Assembly: GCA_035084275.1 (NCBI GenBank) | Contig: CM068769.1 | Coordinates: 248,001-312,000, forward strand | Source: Hydrolagus colliei | Taxonomy: Eukaryota | DNA length: 64,000 bases | Direction: 5' to 3' | In this document: positions 48,001-62,119 of the stretch, piece after piece | Layout: each line of letters opens with the position of its first letter | Numbering within the stretch: position 1 is the first letter of the stretch | Translations under genes and position numbers: made by a program | Notes under the pieces: generated by a model | Told to the model about the DNA's origin: nothing | What the model saw: only the letters and a program-made list of their open reading frames with translations | Database searches by the model: none

Positions 48001-49873
48001 AAAATGCGTTGCAATCTTCACTCACAGCATACACAGTCACTTCAATGTACTGTATATTTTGTGACGCGACTTGTCCTTTTGTTGAGAAAGGCTATCTGCC
48101 AAAAGCAAGAATTATTATCCTCTTGGTTTCGGAGGAGATATAGGTTATAATATATAATAATCCTTGCTGTTGATATAACGCTTTCCACATCTTATCAACG
48201 TCCCAAAGCGCTCATAGAATATGCTGTAAAGTGAATTGACTATATATTTGTGGGCAAACCGCGGCAACCAATTGCGCACAGCAGTGTCACACACAGTCGT
48301 GGATTGAAATGACCAATTTTATTATTCTGTCTTTTTTTGGAGGGATGATTATTAGGCGTGTGGAGTAAGGAAACTTGCCCAAGGTTTCGCCCTGACCTGC
48401 CTGGATTCGAACACAGGTCTCCCCAGCTTGGTCTCCCCAGCTTGCAAGACAAGTGCTCTAACCACTGAGCCACAGGAAATCACAAGGTTGAGCCTACAAG
48501 GCCTGTTGCTGCCCTAAACAATGCCGCCCCTACTACTCTAAATAAGGCTCAGCTCTCATCCTCTGTCACACACTGGTCTCTCGCATTCTCCATCTCACAC
48601 ACTTTCTATCTCTCCTTGTCAGTACTTCTCTCACACGCTCCGACTTCCTCTCTCTCCCTACGCCATCTGTTTCTCTCACATTCTCAGTATCTGTCTCTCA
48701 CAAAATGCATCTGATACTCTCAGTCTATCGCTCTCTCACAGGCTCTGTCTATCACACAGGATGTACAGGTATCATCCTTGTGTTTGCACATAACGCAGTG
48801 CCTCTGCATAATGTCTATCATTTGCTTAACAGAACGATAAACGGTACAGTATGGTAAAAATAACATAATAATCATTGTATTAGATATAGCGCTTTTCACA
48901 TCGATACACAGAATATATTGTCAAGTGAATTTACTGTATATTTGTGGGCGAATCTCGACAGCCAATTGCGCACAGCAGCGTCCCACAAACAGTCGTGGAT
49001 TGAAATGACCAATTTTATTATTGTGATATTTTGGGAGGGATTATTATTAGGCGAGTGGAGTAAGGAAACTTGCTCAAGGTTTCGCCCTGACCTGCTTGGA
49101 TACGAACATAGGTCGCCCTAACTTGGTCTCCCAGCTTGCAAGTCACGTCCTCTAACTAATAAGCCACATGAGCTCCGAAAAGGCGGTGGAGGCCGATTCG
49201 ATAACAACTTTTAAAAGAGAGGTAGACATTTATTTGGGGAGGATGGGTTTACACATTTATCGGAAGAGAGCTGGGGAGTGGGATTGAATTGCTCCTGTCA
49301 AAAACCATGCATAGAACAAATGGCCTCCTTTTGTGCTATATTGTTCTGTAATGCTATGATTGTTAGCCTTTATCCCATCTAACTTTCTCTTCTAGCCAAT
49401 TTATTTGGGCTTGTTGAAATCTCGCATAATATTATAGTACCAAGTAAACACATTTCCTCAATTTGCTCTAGATGTTTCTCAGAGTTTGCAGTTTGTACCA
49501 GATGAATTCAAATCCCACACGAAAGTGATATTATTGAACATGTTGTCAAATTTCAGCGGATGATGTGTCGTTGAACCACCGTCAACATGTTATCTTAGCA
49601 GCGTTATCACAAAGCAAGCAGCAAACGCACAAATCTTCGCCACCTCCTTCAACGTCTCGCTTATTTGATGGATTGACACACAGAGAAGAGCTAGAAATAA
49701 ACAAACCGTGGAGCTAAAATTCGCCAAAGATGAATTATCTGAAACATTTGAGTTGTGCCTACTGATGTATGTGGTTTCCATACAGAAATGTTTCCCGCAA
49801 GTTGGCATCAGACCACTTACTGAAGCTTCACGTGCAGCCAACGGCAAACAAAACATTCTTGTTTGTCTTTTAT

Positions 49874-50033
49874 NNNNNNNNNNNNNNNNNNNNNNNNNNN
49901 NNNNNNNNNNNNNNNNNNNNNNNNNNNNNNNNNNNNNNNNNNNNNNNNNNNNNNNNNNNNNNNNNNNNNNNNNNNNNNNNNNNNNNNNNNNNNNNNNNNN
50001 NNNNNNNNNNNNNNNNNNNNNNNNNNNNNNNNN
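49874..50033. other. Assembly gap (160 N)
   Basis: Run of N. Confidence 0.99.
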
Positions 50034-52789
50034 TATATTGGCTGTGCTGTATTTCGGACAGTTCTTAGCAATTCCGTTAGTCCATTGAGGAAGGACATTT
50101 AAGTTTCTCAATGTTTTCTGAGACATTAGAAACTCAATGCAAGCCGTATCATTATTTTTTAACTATTGCAGACAGTGTCAAACGGAAAAAAGCTGATGGA
50201 TAGCTGAACCTTTCTTGTGGTTCAGCTGAGCAGCATTACCAGACAGAAAGCACAAATCACATCAATCTGCCTCCTAAATGTGCTCACACAACTAACTGCA
50301 AAATGAACATCAATAAATAAGCACAGCAACATAATTTCTGTGCGGCATTTTTAATCCGAACTTTATCCGAATAGAACCTATTTGAATTTTGAATACGCGT
50401 TACAAAAGTAGATATTTAAAAACAATACAGCCGTTATCAAGATTTCGAGCTGCTCCAGAGAAAATTTCTTAATCAAGATGCATTTTTTTCAAATGCAGCA
50501 CATCAAACACCCATTTCTAAGAAGTAGATAGAGTGAGACTCGTCAGCGACATAACAAAATGGAGTCGGTCAGCTCAGTGGTAGGAGCATTCACATCGCAA
50601 TCTTGAGAACACGCGGTGAATCCATGGGGAGATTGAAACGTGAGCCAGTTTTCGTTATTCCACACACATGCTTCTATTAACCAGTAGAAACAACAACAAC
50701 AATAACCTCGATTTCTATAGCGCCCTCCACGCCGGACGGCGTCTCAGAGCGTATCACAACAATGAATCACGAGACTGAAACAGGGGAAGGGGGAGAAAGG
50801 CGAACAAAGGCTCGGTCGAAGCGAAGGATCTTGAGTTGAGAAGTGAAAGTGGGATGGGGTAGGCGGCGAGGCGAAGGGAGGGAGCAAGTGAGTTCCAGAT
50901 CCTCGGGGCGCAGTGGCTGAAGGCACGGCCACAGATGGTGGAGCGGAGGATTCAGGCTAAATGAGTAGGCCAGATCCGGAGGATCGAAGACAATGTTTTC
51001 TGGTTTGATGGGAGAGGAGGTCAGAGAAGTAGGGAGGTGCAGAGTAATGGAGAGATTTGAAAAAAGGATGAAGATCTTAAATCGATCCTCTCCGGAACAG
51101 GGAGCCAGTGAATTATGCCAAGGTTTGGGATAATGGGGGAGGGAAGTTTGGTGCGGGTGACAATCATAGGGAAGAACTCCCTTATTCATCGATTATCGAA
51201 TTCCGGTGAAAATCAACCCTCCATAATATATATATTTCATTAGTAATAATTATTTGGTCATTGGATCCACAAATGTATGTGGCACAGTGTGATGTGCGAT
51301 TTCCTTCCCGATTTGGCATTGCAAACACACAGCCATTACATTTGTCAGGATAACATTCAAAACGATTCTAAACTTCTGGAAGTTTTCCCAAAGGCGCTGC
51401 ATCAGATATAAGGAGTTTTATAATTTATCTCATTTGTGCAGTACTGACACCCCCCCCCCCCCCCCCGCACACCATACTCCACAGTCCCCCCAACCCCTCT
51501 CCCCCACTCCCGATAAACCGGCCTCGTTTGCTGCAGATCTTGCAACATCTAAAAAGCTAAAATCTACCTCATACACTAAAGCAAACCTTGACTCGAACCA
51601 TGGACATCACCAGACGCCCCCTCACCTCCATCGCTGTGTCGTTTATTGGATGGAAATTAACAGAAAGATTAAAACTCAAATCAGACAAACAGTGAGATGC
51701 AGAACATTGAAAACACATTGAGAAAAATAGGTGAGTTGAAGAGCTGGAGGTGTGAAAACGGAAATGCGTGGGTTTAGTCACCACATCACAGCAGCTATAC
51801 AAGTTTTGCAGACTGCAAATAGCAAAGGAAATCTCTATGTTTTGTTTCAACTGACTTTCTCTCTCCCCCATGCTGGCAGCCTGGCCTCTTTATTTCTACG
51901 TCTTTCTCCTTCTTTATCTCCCTCTCTCTCTTTCACTCTGACTCTCTCTCTCTCATAATAGCTGTCCTTCCTTGACAACACGGTCAATACACGCTACCGC
52001 ACATTCTCTCATTGTCCTTCAGTGACTCTATATCGTTCGCTCTCCTTCTATCTCTCTCTCTGACTCTACCACCGAGCAGCTTACTGCACTTCAACAGCAC
52101 TGTATATTTTGCACCCGAAATGTAATGCAAGTTTCCTTACTCCACACGCACACACAAACGTGGACAGTCCTCTGTTTCCCGTACAAAAGCCAGGTTCCCA
52201 ATTGTTACTCGACTGATGGATCTCTACATTCGGGAATGCATACCTCAATATTACTGCCAATGCTGTACGAAACTTTCCTCTGTGTTTCACCCACAGTATG
52301 GGCATAGAGTTACCTTACAGCATCAATAGTGTTGGTGAAAATCAGCTGGAAGTATGATTGCCATTATTCTTAATACCTAATACTGTGAACTGTTCGTGAA
52401 CTATGGCATCGCCATAAAGGATTTGGGACGCTGTCATTCTTGAAGGGCACTATAGAAACGCAGGCTGTTGTTGTTCAATCAATGTGATGAGTGATTTTTT
52501 TAAACAACTTTAGAAACAATAATAGGGACCATACCAGTTTGAATCGCCTGATTGGAAGTGAAACAAACCAAACAGCGTAGCTACGTAATGTTGCCAAACA
52601 TACAGTTACTTCACTCAACGTTATACTTTGTAAAGCTCTTTGAAAAGCGTCATAAGCAGGATGAACCATTTTATCAAATACAGGATTGTTATTTTCAACA
52701 AAGTCACATAATGTCCAAACGGATGTTAGGCCACATATTGTAGCATCACTTACTGTGAATGTCTCATTTTAAAAATTATTTCTTAAATC

Positions 52790-54235
52790 CCTCTAGTCCT
52801 CTGCACTCCATATCTCTCTGATCTCCTCGCCCATCACAACTGTAACTGCTTCTTGAACCCCTCCAATCAGGTTTCCGCCCTATCCACAGTACAGACACTG
52901 CCCTGGTCAAGGTCACAAATGACTTCCTAACCGCCTGTGACCAGGGCTCCCTCTGCCTCCTCGTCCTCCTTGACCTGTCTGCTGCGTTCGACACAGTGGA
53001 TCACACCATCCTCCTTCAACGCCTTTCCTCCTTCAACGCCTTTCCTCCCACCTCAACCTTCAAGGCACAGTCCTTGACTGGTTCCATTCTTATTTGACCC
53101 ATCGTTTACATTTTGTTTCTTCCAATGGCTTTTATTCAAACCCCCGCACAGTTTCCCACGGCGTCCCTCAGGGCTCTGTCCTCGGTCCCCTTCTTTTCAC
53201 CCTTTACACGCTCCCCCTGGGCGACGTCATCCGCAAACATGGGGTAAATTTCAACATGTATGCGGATGACACCCAGTTGTTCCTTTCTGCCTCATCCCTC
53301 AACCCCCAGACGATCGATGTTCTGACAGCATGTCTGTCCGACATCGAATCGTGGACGAGGGACAACTTTTTGCAATTGAACGTGAATAAGACCGAGGCCC
53401 TTCTGATTGGCTCAAGCCAGCGCCTCCGCACATCGGGCGCTGCCAGCCTCAACATCCAAGGCTGTACTCTACACCTCATAAAGCCAATCAGGAACCTCGG
53501 CATCATGTTCGATCAAAAACTTTCCTTCCTCCCCCGCATCCGCGCCTTGACCGGCACCGCCTATTTCCATCTGCGCAACATTGCCAGGCTCCGCAACTAT
53601 CTTACCCCCCGCCTTGCCGAAACACTCGTGCACGCGTACATCACCTCACGGCTGGATTACGGAAATTCTCTCCTAGTCGACCTCCCCAGTTCCACCATTC
53701 ATAGGCTGCAGGCCATCCAAAACTCTGCAGCCCGTGTACTATCCCGCACCCGCCTCCGTGACCACATAAACCCCACCCTCGCCCGTCTCCACTGGCTCCC
53801 CATCCTGCAGAGGATCGAATTTAAGATCCTCGTCCTCACCTACAAGGCCTTGCACGGCCTTGCCCCATCCTACCTCGCCGATCTACTCTCCCCCTATACG
53901 CAGTCCCGGACCATCCGTTCAACAGGACGTAGCCTCCTCCAACCCCCCCGCCCGAACCGCCACACCATCGGAGGCCGGGCCTTCAGTTTCGCCGCTCCCA
54001 CCTTATGGAATGCCATCCCTCAATCCCTCCGTTTCGCCTCTTCCCTTTCCTCTTTCAAGGCCGATTTGAAGACTTTCCTCTTCGATCGTGCCTTTTGTTC
54101 CACACCGAACTCTTTTACCTCCCCTTCGTGTTTCACCCCTTCCCAAACACTCCACTCCCAGTTCGGGTCACACGCCTCTTGTTTTGCGCCTTGGGACGTC
54201 CTCCCGACGTGAAAGGCGCTATATAAATGTAAATT
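52790..54235 (+). mobile_element. L2-clade LINE, RT region and 3' end
   Basis: ORF 53094-54212 ([21 protein letters not shown]); tail tgggacgtcctcccgacgtgaaaggcgctatataaat. Confidence 0.93.
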
Positions 54236-54767
54236 GTTGTTAATTGTAGTTGCTGCCGACAGCTGTACCGTGTCTGGCCTCCTCCATGTCCCCAGGAATC
54301 CTCCGCCCCACCACCGTCTGTCTTGCCTTCAGTCACTGCGCTGGAGGCTCTGGAACTCCCTTCCTGACTCTCTTCGCCTCGCCGCCTCTCTTCTTACATT
54401 CATGTATCCGTTCGAGAACTGTCTGTTCGACCGCAGCTTCGGTCACCCTTTTTCCCCCTGCCCCTGTCTCCAGCTCGGAATCCGTTATTTTGAAGCGCTC
54501 TGAGACGCCGTCCGTCTTGGATGGAGTTATATAAATGGAAGTTGTTTTTGTATATTTGGGATAGTGCTCTCAGCAGCCCTGGATATTCTATGGAACACTC
54601 CAGTCTCAGGTACAGGATTAAAGACCCTGACATAGGGTTCATAGCTGCGTTGGACCCTGTTGCTATGTTACTAAACTCCTGATTTGCTCTCGTACGACCT
54701 GCTCATCTCCCATCGAGGATGACAAAAGTGTTTACTGATAACATTGCGGGCAGTTACACTCTACAGC

Positions 54768-54800
54768 GCTACTCTCTGGCGGCAGTGAAGCTGCACCGTA
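54768..54800 (-). promoter_or_regulatory. CTCF-like site (paralog of 10973 and 28228)
   Basis: TACGGTGC-10nt-CCGCCAGAGAGTAGC in homologous flanks. Confidence 0.45.
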
Positions 54801-55156
54801 ATTTTCTGTGGTGAAATTAACCACGCAATAAATCACAGTAAATGATATCGCTCAAATACACAACAGTCTCAGTAGAGATAAAAACAGGTGAATTTATTTC
54901 TGAGAGTTAACACTCACTAGCATTGGAGGTTAAGGACTAACAATAATGCATGGGATTCAGTGGGGATTCTGTTCGTTTATAAAAATACATGAAATGGTAT
55001 TGCTCAATGATTAGACAACACCGAGGAAATGCTACGGTTCGTGATTCCAAGTGCATGCGGTTAAATATATACGGATTTTGATGCTCCTGAAAAACAACGA
55101 ATTTCTGAAGTGGATATTCTTGGAGTTGTAATACTGAGCTCAGCCACTTTCTCAGA

Positions 55157-56170
55157 ATGGCGGTACGTGTCTATGTAGTGCCTCAAGGATCAGTCCTTGT
55201 GCCTCAACTATTTACCATCTACATCAACGATCTTGATAAAGACATCGAGCTTAATATATTTAAATTTGCTGATGATACGAAACTAGGAGGAAGCGTTAAT
55301 ACCAAGATTGACATTTTAAAAAATGCAGCGCGATACAGATAGGTTAAAGTGAGTGGGCATGTCGGTGGTCTTCGAAGTATAATATAGGAAAGTGCGAAGT
55401 CATCCACCAAAGTGGCAAGAACATCAGAGCAGGTTTTTTTTAGAGAGAGGGGAGAGATTGGAATTTATTAGCTTGCAGAGCGACTTGGGTGTGCTTGTAC
55501 ACCAAACACAGAGAGTTACTATTCAGGTGCAGCAGGCAACCAGGAACGCTAATGGTATGTTAGTTTTCATTCTGAAAGAGTTAGAGGATATGAGTAGTGA
55601 CGTCTTGCTGCAGCTTTGTAGGGCACTGGTGAGAACACAACTGGAATACTGTGTGCAGTGTTGGTTTCCTTATTCAAGAAATGATGTACTTGCCTTGAAG
55701 GGAGTACAGCGTAGGCTTGCTAGGTCGGTACTGGGAATGAGTTATGATGATAGGTTGTTTAATTTGTGCCTCTATTCTCTGGAATATCGAAGAATTATAG
55801 GGGATCTTATAGAAACATTTAACATTATTAAGGGGCATGACAAAGTAGATAGTGGGAGATAGTTTCCCTCGGTTGGTGAATCTAAAACCAGGAGTCACAG
55901 TGATTAAGTTAGGGGTCAGCCCTATCGCACTGAGTTGAGCAAAAACGACTTCACTCAGAGTGTGGTGGATGTACGGCATCCTTTACCTCGAAGGGCTGTA
56001 GATGATCAATCCTTGAATAAATTCAAGAATGTGTTAGATAGATTTCTAGTTTATAAATATATTACGGATATCGGGATAAGGCAGGCAGCTGGAGTTAGAG
56101 TTGAGTATCAGCCATGATTGAATGGCGGGACAGGCTCGATGGGCCAAATGGCCTTCTCCTTCTCCTACTA
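55157..56170 (+). mobile_element. Older, degenerate CR1 LINE fragment
   Basis: VPQGSVL...FADDTKLGG and LEYCVQCW motifs broken by frameshifts. Confidence 0.82.
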
Positions 56171-56451
56171 GTTATGTTCTTATTTTCTAACCTCATCGTA
56201 GTCAATGGGGGAAGTATTTATCTGCATAAAAAGGTGATAAAGAGTGAAGATGTATTGGACAATTATAAGACAACAATGAGGAAGTACTGAAAACGTGTTC
56301 CGACGTAATCGGCTAAACTAACCGGGATTGTTTGTGTGTTGGTCTTCAAAAAGTAATAATATCTGAAGTGAGTGAAGTTGTATCTGTAATATCGCATTCA
56401 GCCAATGGGGAGTTTTGGATTCGCTGCACAAGGAGGGAATAGAGTTCAACA

Positions 56452-56483
56452 CCGCCAACTGTTGGATATATGGTTCTAATGCA
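56452..56483 (-). promoter_or_regulatory. CTCF-like site (paralog of 11608 and 29680)
   Basis: TGCATTAG-10nt-CCAACAGTTGGCGG in homologous flanks. Confidence 0.5.
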
Positions 56484-57229
56484 CACCAAGCCTATCTGTC
56501 TGTCTCGTCTTCGGAACCATTTAAATTCGACCCCCACCCGCACCCCTCCTCCTCCACCCGAAACCTCATTCAGTGCGTTATTACTGTAATATATTGAGGA
56601 ACCAAGAAATTAGTAGTAAGATGCTCTACAGATTTTTAACTAATTACTTTTATTCCTGGTCCCGGCCGCAAGTGCATATGTATCATTCTGATTAAGGGTT
56701 TCCATGTTTGAAAAGCAACCGTGAATTTTGAGTTAGAGCAACAACACCGGGCAATTAATATAGCCCCGCTCGCGCATTGTAGACTCCCAGAGCTCGACAC
56801 TGTGGTGAAGGCTGTCGCTGAGCCAGCGTGGATGGGGTAAGGCAAACCCACCCCCACATTTATCCGCTCACTATTCTCACACTCGTCCACAGCCAGCCTC
56901 TCGCAATTTCGCCTATTTCCATGACATCTCAAACTTTCTATATTTGTATAAAATACGTGTAATTGTTAACTGCTTTATATTGTGCTCAATTTTGTATCAT
57001 GTTGGAACTCAAGCTATAAAGAGAATCCAACCTAATCCCTGATAATTCTGTGCAATCCGCCTAAACATGGGCTTTCCCATCTACTCCAATGCAATGTCCT
57101 CTTTCACTCGCTGGAAGTACGCATCTGAACTAACCAATCGCAGTGAGTATCATGGGTAAATTTGCAAGAATGCGCGATTGTGAAATCCTGGGTTTTATCA
57201 AACTAAATTCTAGTTTTCGCTATTGGGAA

Positions 57230-58925
57230 TACTGTCCAGCAAACTTTCACAGTGCTTCAATCTAACCCCATATCACCCTGGTGGTGACCAGCTCAGCAAT
57301 AACATTAGGGGGAGCTCCAACCTTTGGCCCCGCTCATTTCTGACACCAACAAACTTTCCCTCTCCTCAGGCACTGTCCCTACCTCCCTTAAAACAGCCAC
57401 CATCACCCCTATCCTGAAGAAACCCTCCATTGATGTGTCGCAACCATCAAGCTATCGACCCATCTCCAACCTCCCGTTTTTATCCAAGGTCCTTGACAGA
57501 GTGGTTGCCTCCCAGCTCCGCTCTTTCCTTTCATCTCACTCACTCGTTGAACACCCCCAATCAGTTTTCCTCCAAATTCACAGCACAGAAACTGCCCTGG
57601 TTTAGGTTACAAATGACATCCTAACCGCCTGTGACCAGGGCTCCCTCTGCCTCCTCGTCCTCCTTGAACTGTCTGCTGCGTTCGACACAGTCGATCACAC
57701 CATCCTCCTCCAACGTCTTTCCTCCCACCTCAACCTTCAAGGCACAGTCCTTGACTGGTTCCATTCCTACCTGTCCCACCGTTTACTCGTTGTTTCTTCC
57801 AACGGTTTTTCCTCAAACCCCGCACAGTTTCTCACGGCGTCCCTCAGAACTCTGTCCTCGGCCCCCTCCTTTGCACCCTTTACACGCTCCCTCTAGGCGA
57901 TGTCATCCGCAAACATGGGGTAAATTTCCACACGTATGGGGACGACACCCAGCTGTACCTTTCTGCCTCATCCCTCAACCCCCAGACCATCGATGTTCTG
58001 ACTGCATGTCTGTCCGACATTGAGTCCAGGATGAGCGACAACTTCCTCCAATTGAACGTGAGTAAGACCGAGGCCCTCCTGCTCGGCTCAAGCCAGCGCC
58101 TTCGCAGATCGGGTGCTGCCAGCCTCAACATCCAAGGCTGCACTCTGCAACTCACAAAGCCAATCAGGAACCTCGGCATCATGTTTGATCAAAAACTCTC
58201 CTTCCTCCCCCACATCTGTGCCTTGACCGGCACCGCTTATTTCCACCTGCGCAACATTGCCAGGCTCCGCAACTATCTTACACCCCGCGCTGCCGAAACA
58301 CTCGTGCACGCGTACATCACCTCAAGGCTGGACTACGAAAACTCTCTCCTCGTCGGCCTCCCCAGTTCCTCCATTCACAGGCTGCAGGTCATCCAAAACT
58401 CTGCAGCCCGTGTATTATCCCGCACCCGCCTCCGCGACCATATAAACCCCACCCTCGCCCGTCTCCACTGGCTCCGCATTCTCCAGAGGATCGAGTTCAA
58501 GATCCTTGTCCTCACCTTCAAGGCCTTACACGGCCTTGCCCCTCCCTACTTCACCAATTTACTTTCACCCTACAAGCCCACCCGGAACCTCTGTTCAACA
58601 GGACTTGGCCTGCTCCAAGCCCCCCGCCCGAACCTCCCCACCATTGGAGGCCGGGCATTCAGTTTCTCCGCTCCCACCCTATGGAATACCATCCCCCAAT
58701 CCCTCCGTCTCGTTTCTTCCCTTTCCTCTTTCAAGGACGATTTGAAGACTTTCCTCTTCGATCGAGCCTTTTGTTCCACCCCGAATTTTTCGACCTCCGC
58801 TTCGTGTCTCAGCCTTTCCCAAACACTCCCCTCCCATCTCGGATCACACGCCTCCTGTGCTGCGCCTTGGGACGTCCTCCCGAAGTGAAAGGCGCTCTAT
58901 AAGTGTAATTTGTTGTTGTTGTAGC
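57230..58925 (+). mobile_element. L2-clade LINE, RT region and 3' end
   Basis: ORFs 57324-57605 and 58031-58888; highly similar to 52790-54235. Confidence 0.93.
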
Positions 58926-59594
58926 TGTTGTGACTGCGTACAGTATAGATGTAGTGTGGAATTATATGTATTCTCTATTATCATTGTCCCTTTGTTTAGC
59001 ATCCGGATTGCATATCTATCTCACTACGTTGTAATTGTTAAAAGCTTTTGTCAGGCTGGATCAAGCTGAATCGTATCTACCAGTTTTAAGTTTTAATCTA
59101 ATTGGTTACCCTGCAGTGAATAATGAACTGACTCCAATTTCCTTTTATATAGCAAAATTTAATAACGTGTAAAAAAGAAGCTTTTACCTAATGAAGATTA
59201 TACATTTCATTGTATAAATGCATACGAAAGGTTAAAAAACGTCACTGCAAATGGTTTGCTTCAGCCGCGAGAGTGGCTTTGTTGTAGGAATCGATAGGGT
59301 ACAGTTCACATTAACTGATTCTGATTGAACAACACTATCACACCAATAACACACAGAGCTACCACTGTGAGTACAATCATCTTTCCGTTAAATGTAACTT
59401 TGCAACTCATGTGTTCGGTCATCTTCCCAGATCCTTGTATCGAAATGTATACCTAGACGTTTTGACCGCAAACGTACAATCAAATCACTTTACAGTATTA
59501 ACTTTAGAGCGATTTCAGGCTTCCACAAGATGTGCAAAGTGCTAAATCAAATCCAACGATTATTATTATTTTTTGCTGTTAACTGTGGCACACA

Positions 59595-60312
59595 GTTGAA
59601 GGTGGCAGGACAGGTAGACAAGGCTGTTAAGAGGGCATATGGAATACTAGGATTTATAAATAGGGGTATAGAACACAAAAGTCAGGAAGTGATGCCTAAC
59701 CTCTATAAAACTTTGGTGAGGCCTCAGCTGGCATACTGTTTTCAATTCTGTTCACCACACTACAGAAAGGATGTGAAGACATTGGAAAGGATACAAAGAA
59801 GATTTACGAGGATGGTGCTAGGAGTGAGGGACTTCAGCTATGAGGAGAGGCTAGATAGGCTAGGGTTATTCTCTCTGGAGCAGAGAAGATTGAGGGAAAA
59901 ACTAATAGGTTTATAAGATCATGAGGGGTTTCGACAGGGCAAATAGAGAAAAACTGTATCCACTCGAGGGCGAATCTGTGCCTCGTGGTCACAGATTTAA
60001 AATAGTTTCAAGGCGAAGTAGAGGGGAGCTGAGGATAAATTTTTTCACTCAGCGAGTTGTTCGAAGCTGGAATGCATTGACTGAAAAGTTGGTGGAAGCT
60101 GATTCGATAACAACTTTTAGAAGGGAATTAGATCTTTATTTAGGGAGAACAGGTCTATTAGGCTATGGGGAGAGGGCAGGGCAGTGGGACTGAATCGCTC
60201 TTTTCAAAGAGCCGGCACAGACTGGATTCATAGACTTGGTATGGTTTAGATTGGCCGAATGGCCTCCTTTTGTGCCGTAAAATTAGATGAATCTAAGAAT
60301 CTATGAATCTAA
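59595..60312 (+). mobile_element. CR1 LINE 3' fragment
   Basis: ORFs 59530-59916 and 59921-60193 match the CR1 at 847-1608, with one frameshift. Confidence 0.9.
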
Positions 60313-61180
60313 CTATCCAGTCACGTACAACATGCTTAAACATGCAATACGTTTCCAAAAAATTCATTGCTGTGCGGCCAAGAACACACCTGGTCAACAA
60401 AACATTTTCTCATCAACATTGTAATTTCAAATATCAGCTAAGCATCAGAAGCATTTCTAACTGAATCAACTGTGTTTTTTAGCAGGCGGTGTCCAATCCT
60501 TTGGCTGCTGCCGGTCGGATTACGTAATTGAGAATCATCACTTTAGCGAAAAGGTTTGTCTTCTCCTTCCAATAAGATAATAGTTGAACAGCGCCTTCAC
60601 GAAGGAAGGATGCCTAAAAATGCTCGACTACTGCCTATGCAGCACCTAAGATGGGGATGGGATTGGTGAGATGTGGGGGAGGGAGTTACAAATCTCATTG
60701 AAAGCGGAGTCAAGCAGTTATATCTCATGAATGGTCACCGACCTAAAACATTAACTCAATAGGAGAGGAGTCCTGTAGCTCAGTGGTTAAAGCACTCCCT
60801 TTACAAACGTGATTCATGTGATCGAATCCAAGAAGGCCTCAGCGACACACATGGCAAGTCTCCTTACTCCACAAGCCTAATAATATTAGCTCTATAACAC
60901 CCCCTCTGCTCATCCTTTCTCTCTCTCCCTCTCTGTCTAGCTCACTACTATTCCTGTCTCTCAGCTTCGGCGACAGTCAATCAATTTATCTCTCACTCAA
61001 CGTTTATCTCACTCATTCTCTCTTTCACAATCCGTCGCATACAGTCTGTATGATTCTAATTTGTTCTGTCACAGATGATTTGGGATGAAAGTTGAGGTCA
61101 GAGCGAAGCTGGCAATTACCAATGTGATGAAGTCAGAAAGAAAGATAAGCGAGAGCACCTCGTTGTCACCAGCCTCTGAG

Positions 61181-61285
61181 CTACACTCTGACCGTGGCGT
61201 AGACTATACCAGGGTCCACGTTGGTGTTTCGGGCATTCTCACTCCTGTTTCCTAACACCAGATTGGCGTAGGTGATATCAGCGTC
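61181..61285 (-). CDS. Receptor gene 2 (paralog), last exon: two ITIMs
   Basis: tgtttgcag|DADITYANLVLGNRSENARNTNVDPGIVYATVRV*; 105 nt. Confidence 0.87.
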   Translation of the reverse strand, partial: DADITYANLVLGNRSENARNTNVDPGIVYATVRV

Positions 61286-62078
61286 CTGCAAACAGTTTAA
61301 CAATTATCACACCTGCCGACGGACAGTGGGAACCCCCCACCACTTACACCCTTCCAGCACCCCACCCCCACCAATGGGAGGCTCCAAACCATAGCTCATG
61401 TGTGTGTTTTTGTGTGTGTGTTTGTTTGAGTGAGTATATCTCTCATTCGTTCCTTCACTCATTGAGTCTCCCAGTGTTTGTGTGTGCGCGCGTTCGGCTT
61501 GTAACATCGAACATTTGGATCCCCATTCTCCAGTCCCCGTTTGGTTGCTCGCTTATCTGCGACTCTCAAGTACGTGTTCAAGACATTACTCTTCTTCGAC
61601 CAACTTCCTGCCCGTAATCTATCTGCCTTCTGTATCCCCAAACCACAGCACAGGTCTAAATCAATGACTGACTAGCGTTTTGGGATGTACATACATAGAT
61701 GCAAACATTTACAGACAGACACAAAGAAACACACGTGAACACAAAGGCATACACATATACACACATACACACATACACAGACATGTATGTACATATAAAC
61801 ACAAGTACACAGCGCTAAACACACCATACGTACTAACAGCTACACACACAGAGACAAAGTGGTGACTAACGCTGTGCGGAGTCAGTCTGACAAATACCTG
61901 GACTGGGTTTTATTCAAGCTTACAGAGGCTCGACTGACACAGAAACGGATCTGGGCTAAGCCTGGCTGACATAGGACGTGAGCTATACTGACAAGGCCTG
62001 AGCTGGACTGAACCAGGCTAAAACAATGTTTTAGCCTGACCTGAACCAGGCTAAAACAATGATCCTGACACCGCTCAC

Positions 62079-62119
62079 CTCTGGAGTCTCTGATCGTGGA
62101 GCTCGTCTCACTGTAGCAT
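62079..62119 (-). CDS. Receptor gene 2, penultimate exon
   Basis: tttcag|AT GCT ACA GTG AGA CGA...CCA GAG|GTGAGC; 41 nt. Confidence 0.83.

Noticed and set aside
49590-50126. ORF-track ORFs containing X (also 4199-4489)
   Set aside because: They only read through N gaps
56798-56804. CACAGTG heptamer on the minus strand (CACCGTG in the paralogous block near 11944)
   Set aside because: No nonamer at 12 or 23 nt and no V/D/J coding frame next to it
53204-58309. Recurrent antisense ORFs such as MMPRFLIGF... and MHECFGS...
   Set aside because: Shadow frames of L2 LINE copies, not genes
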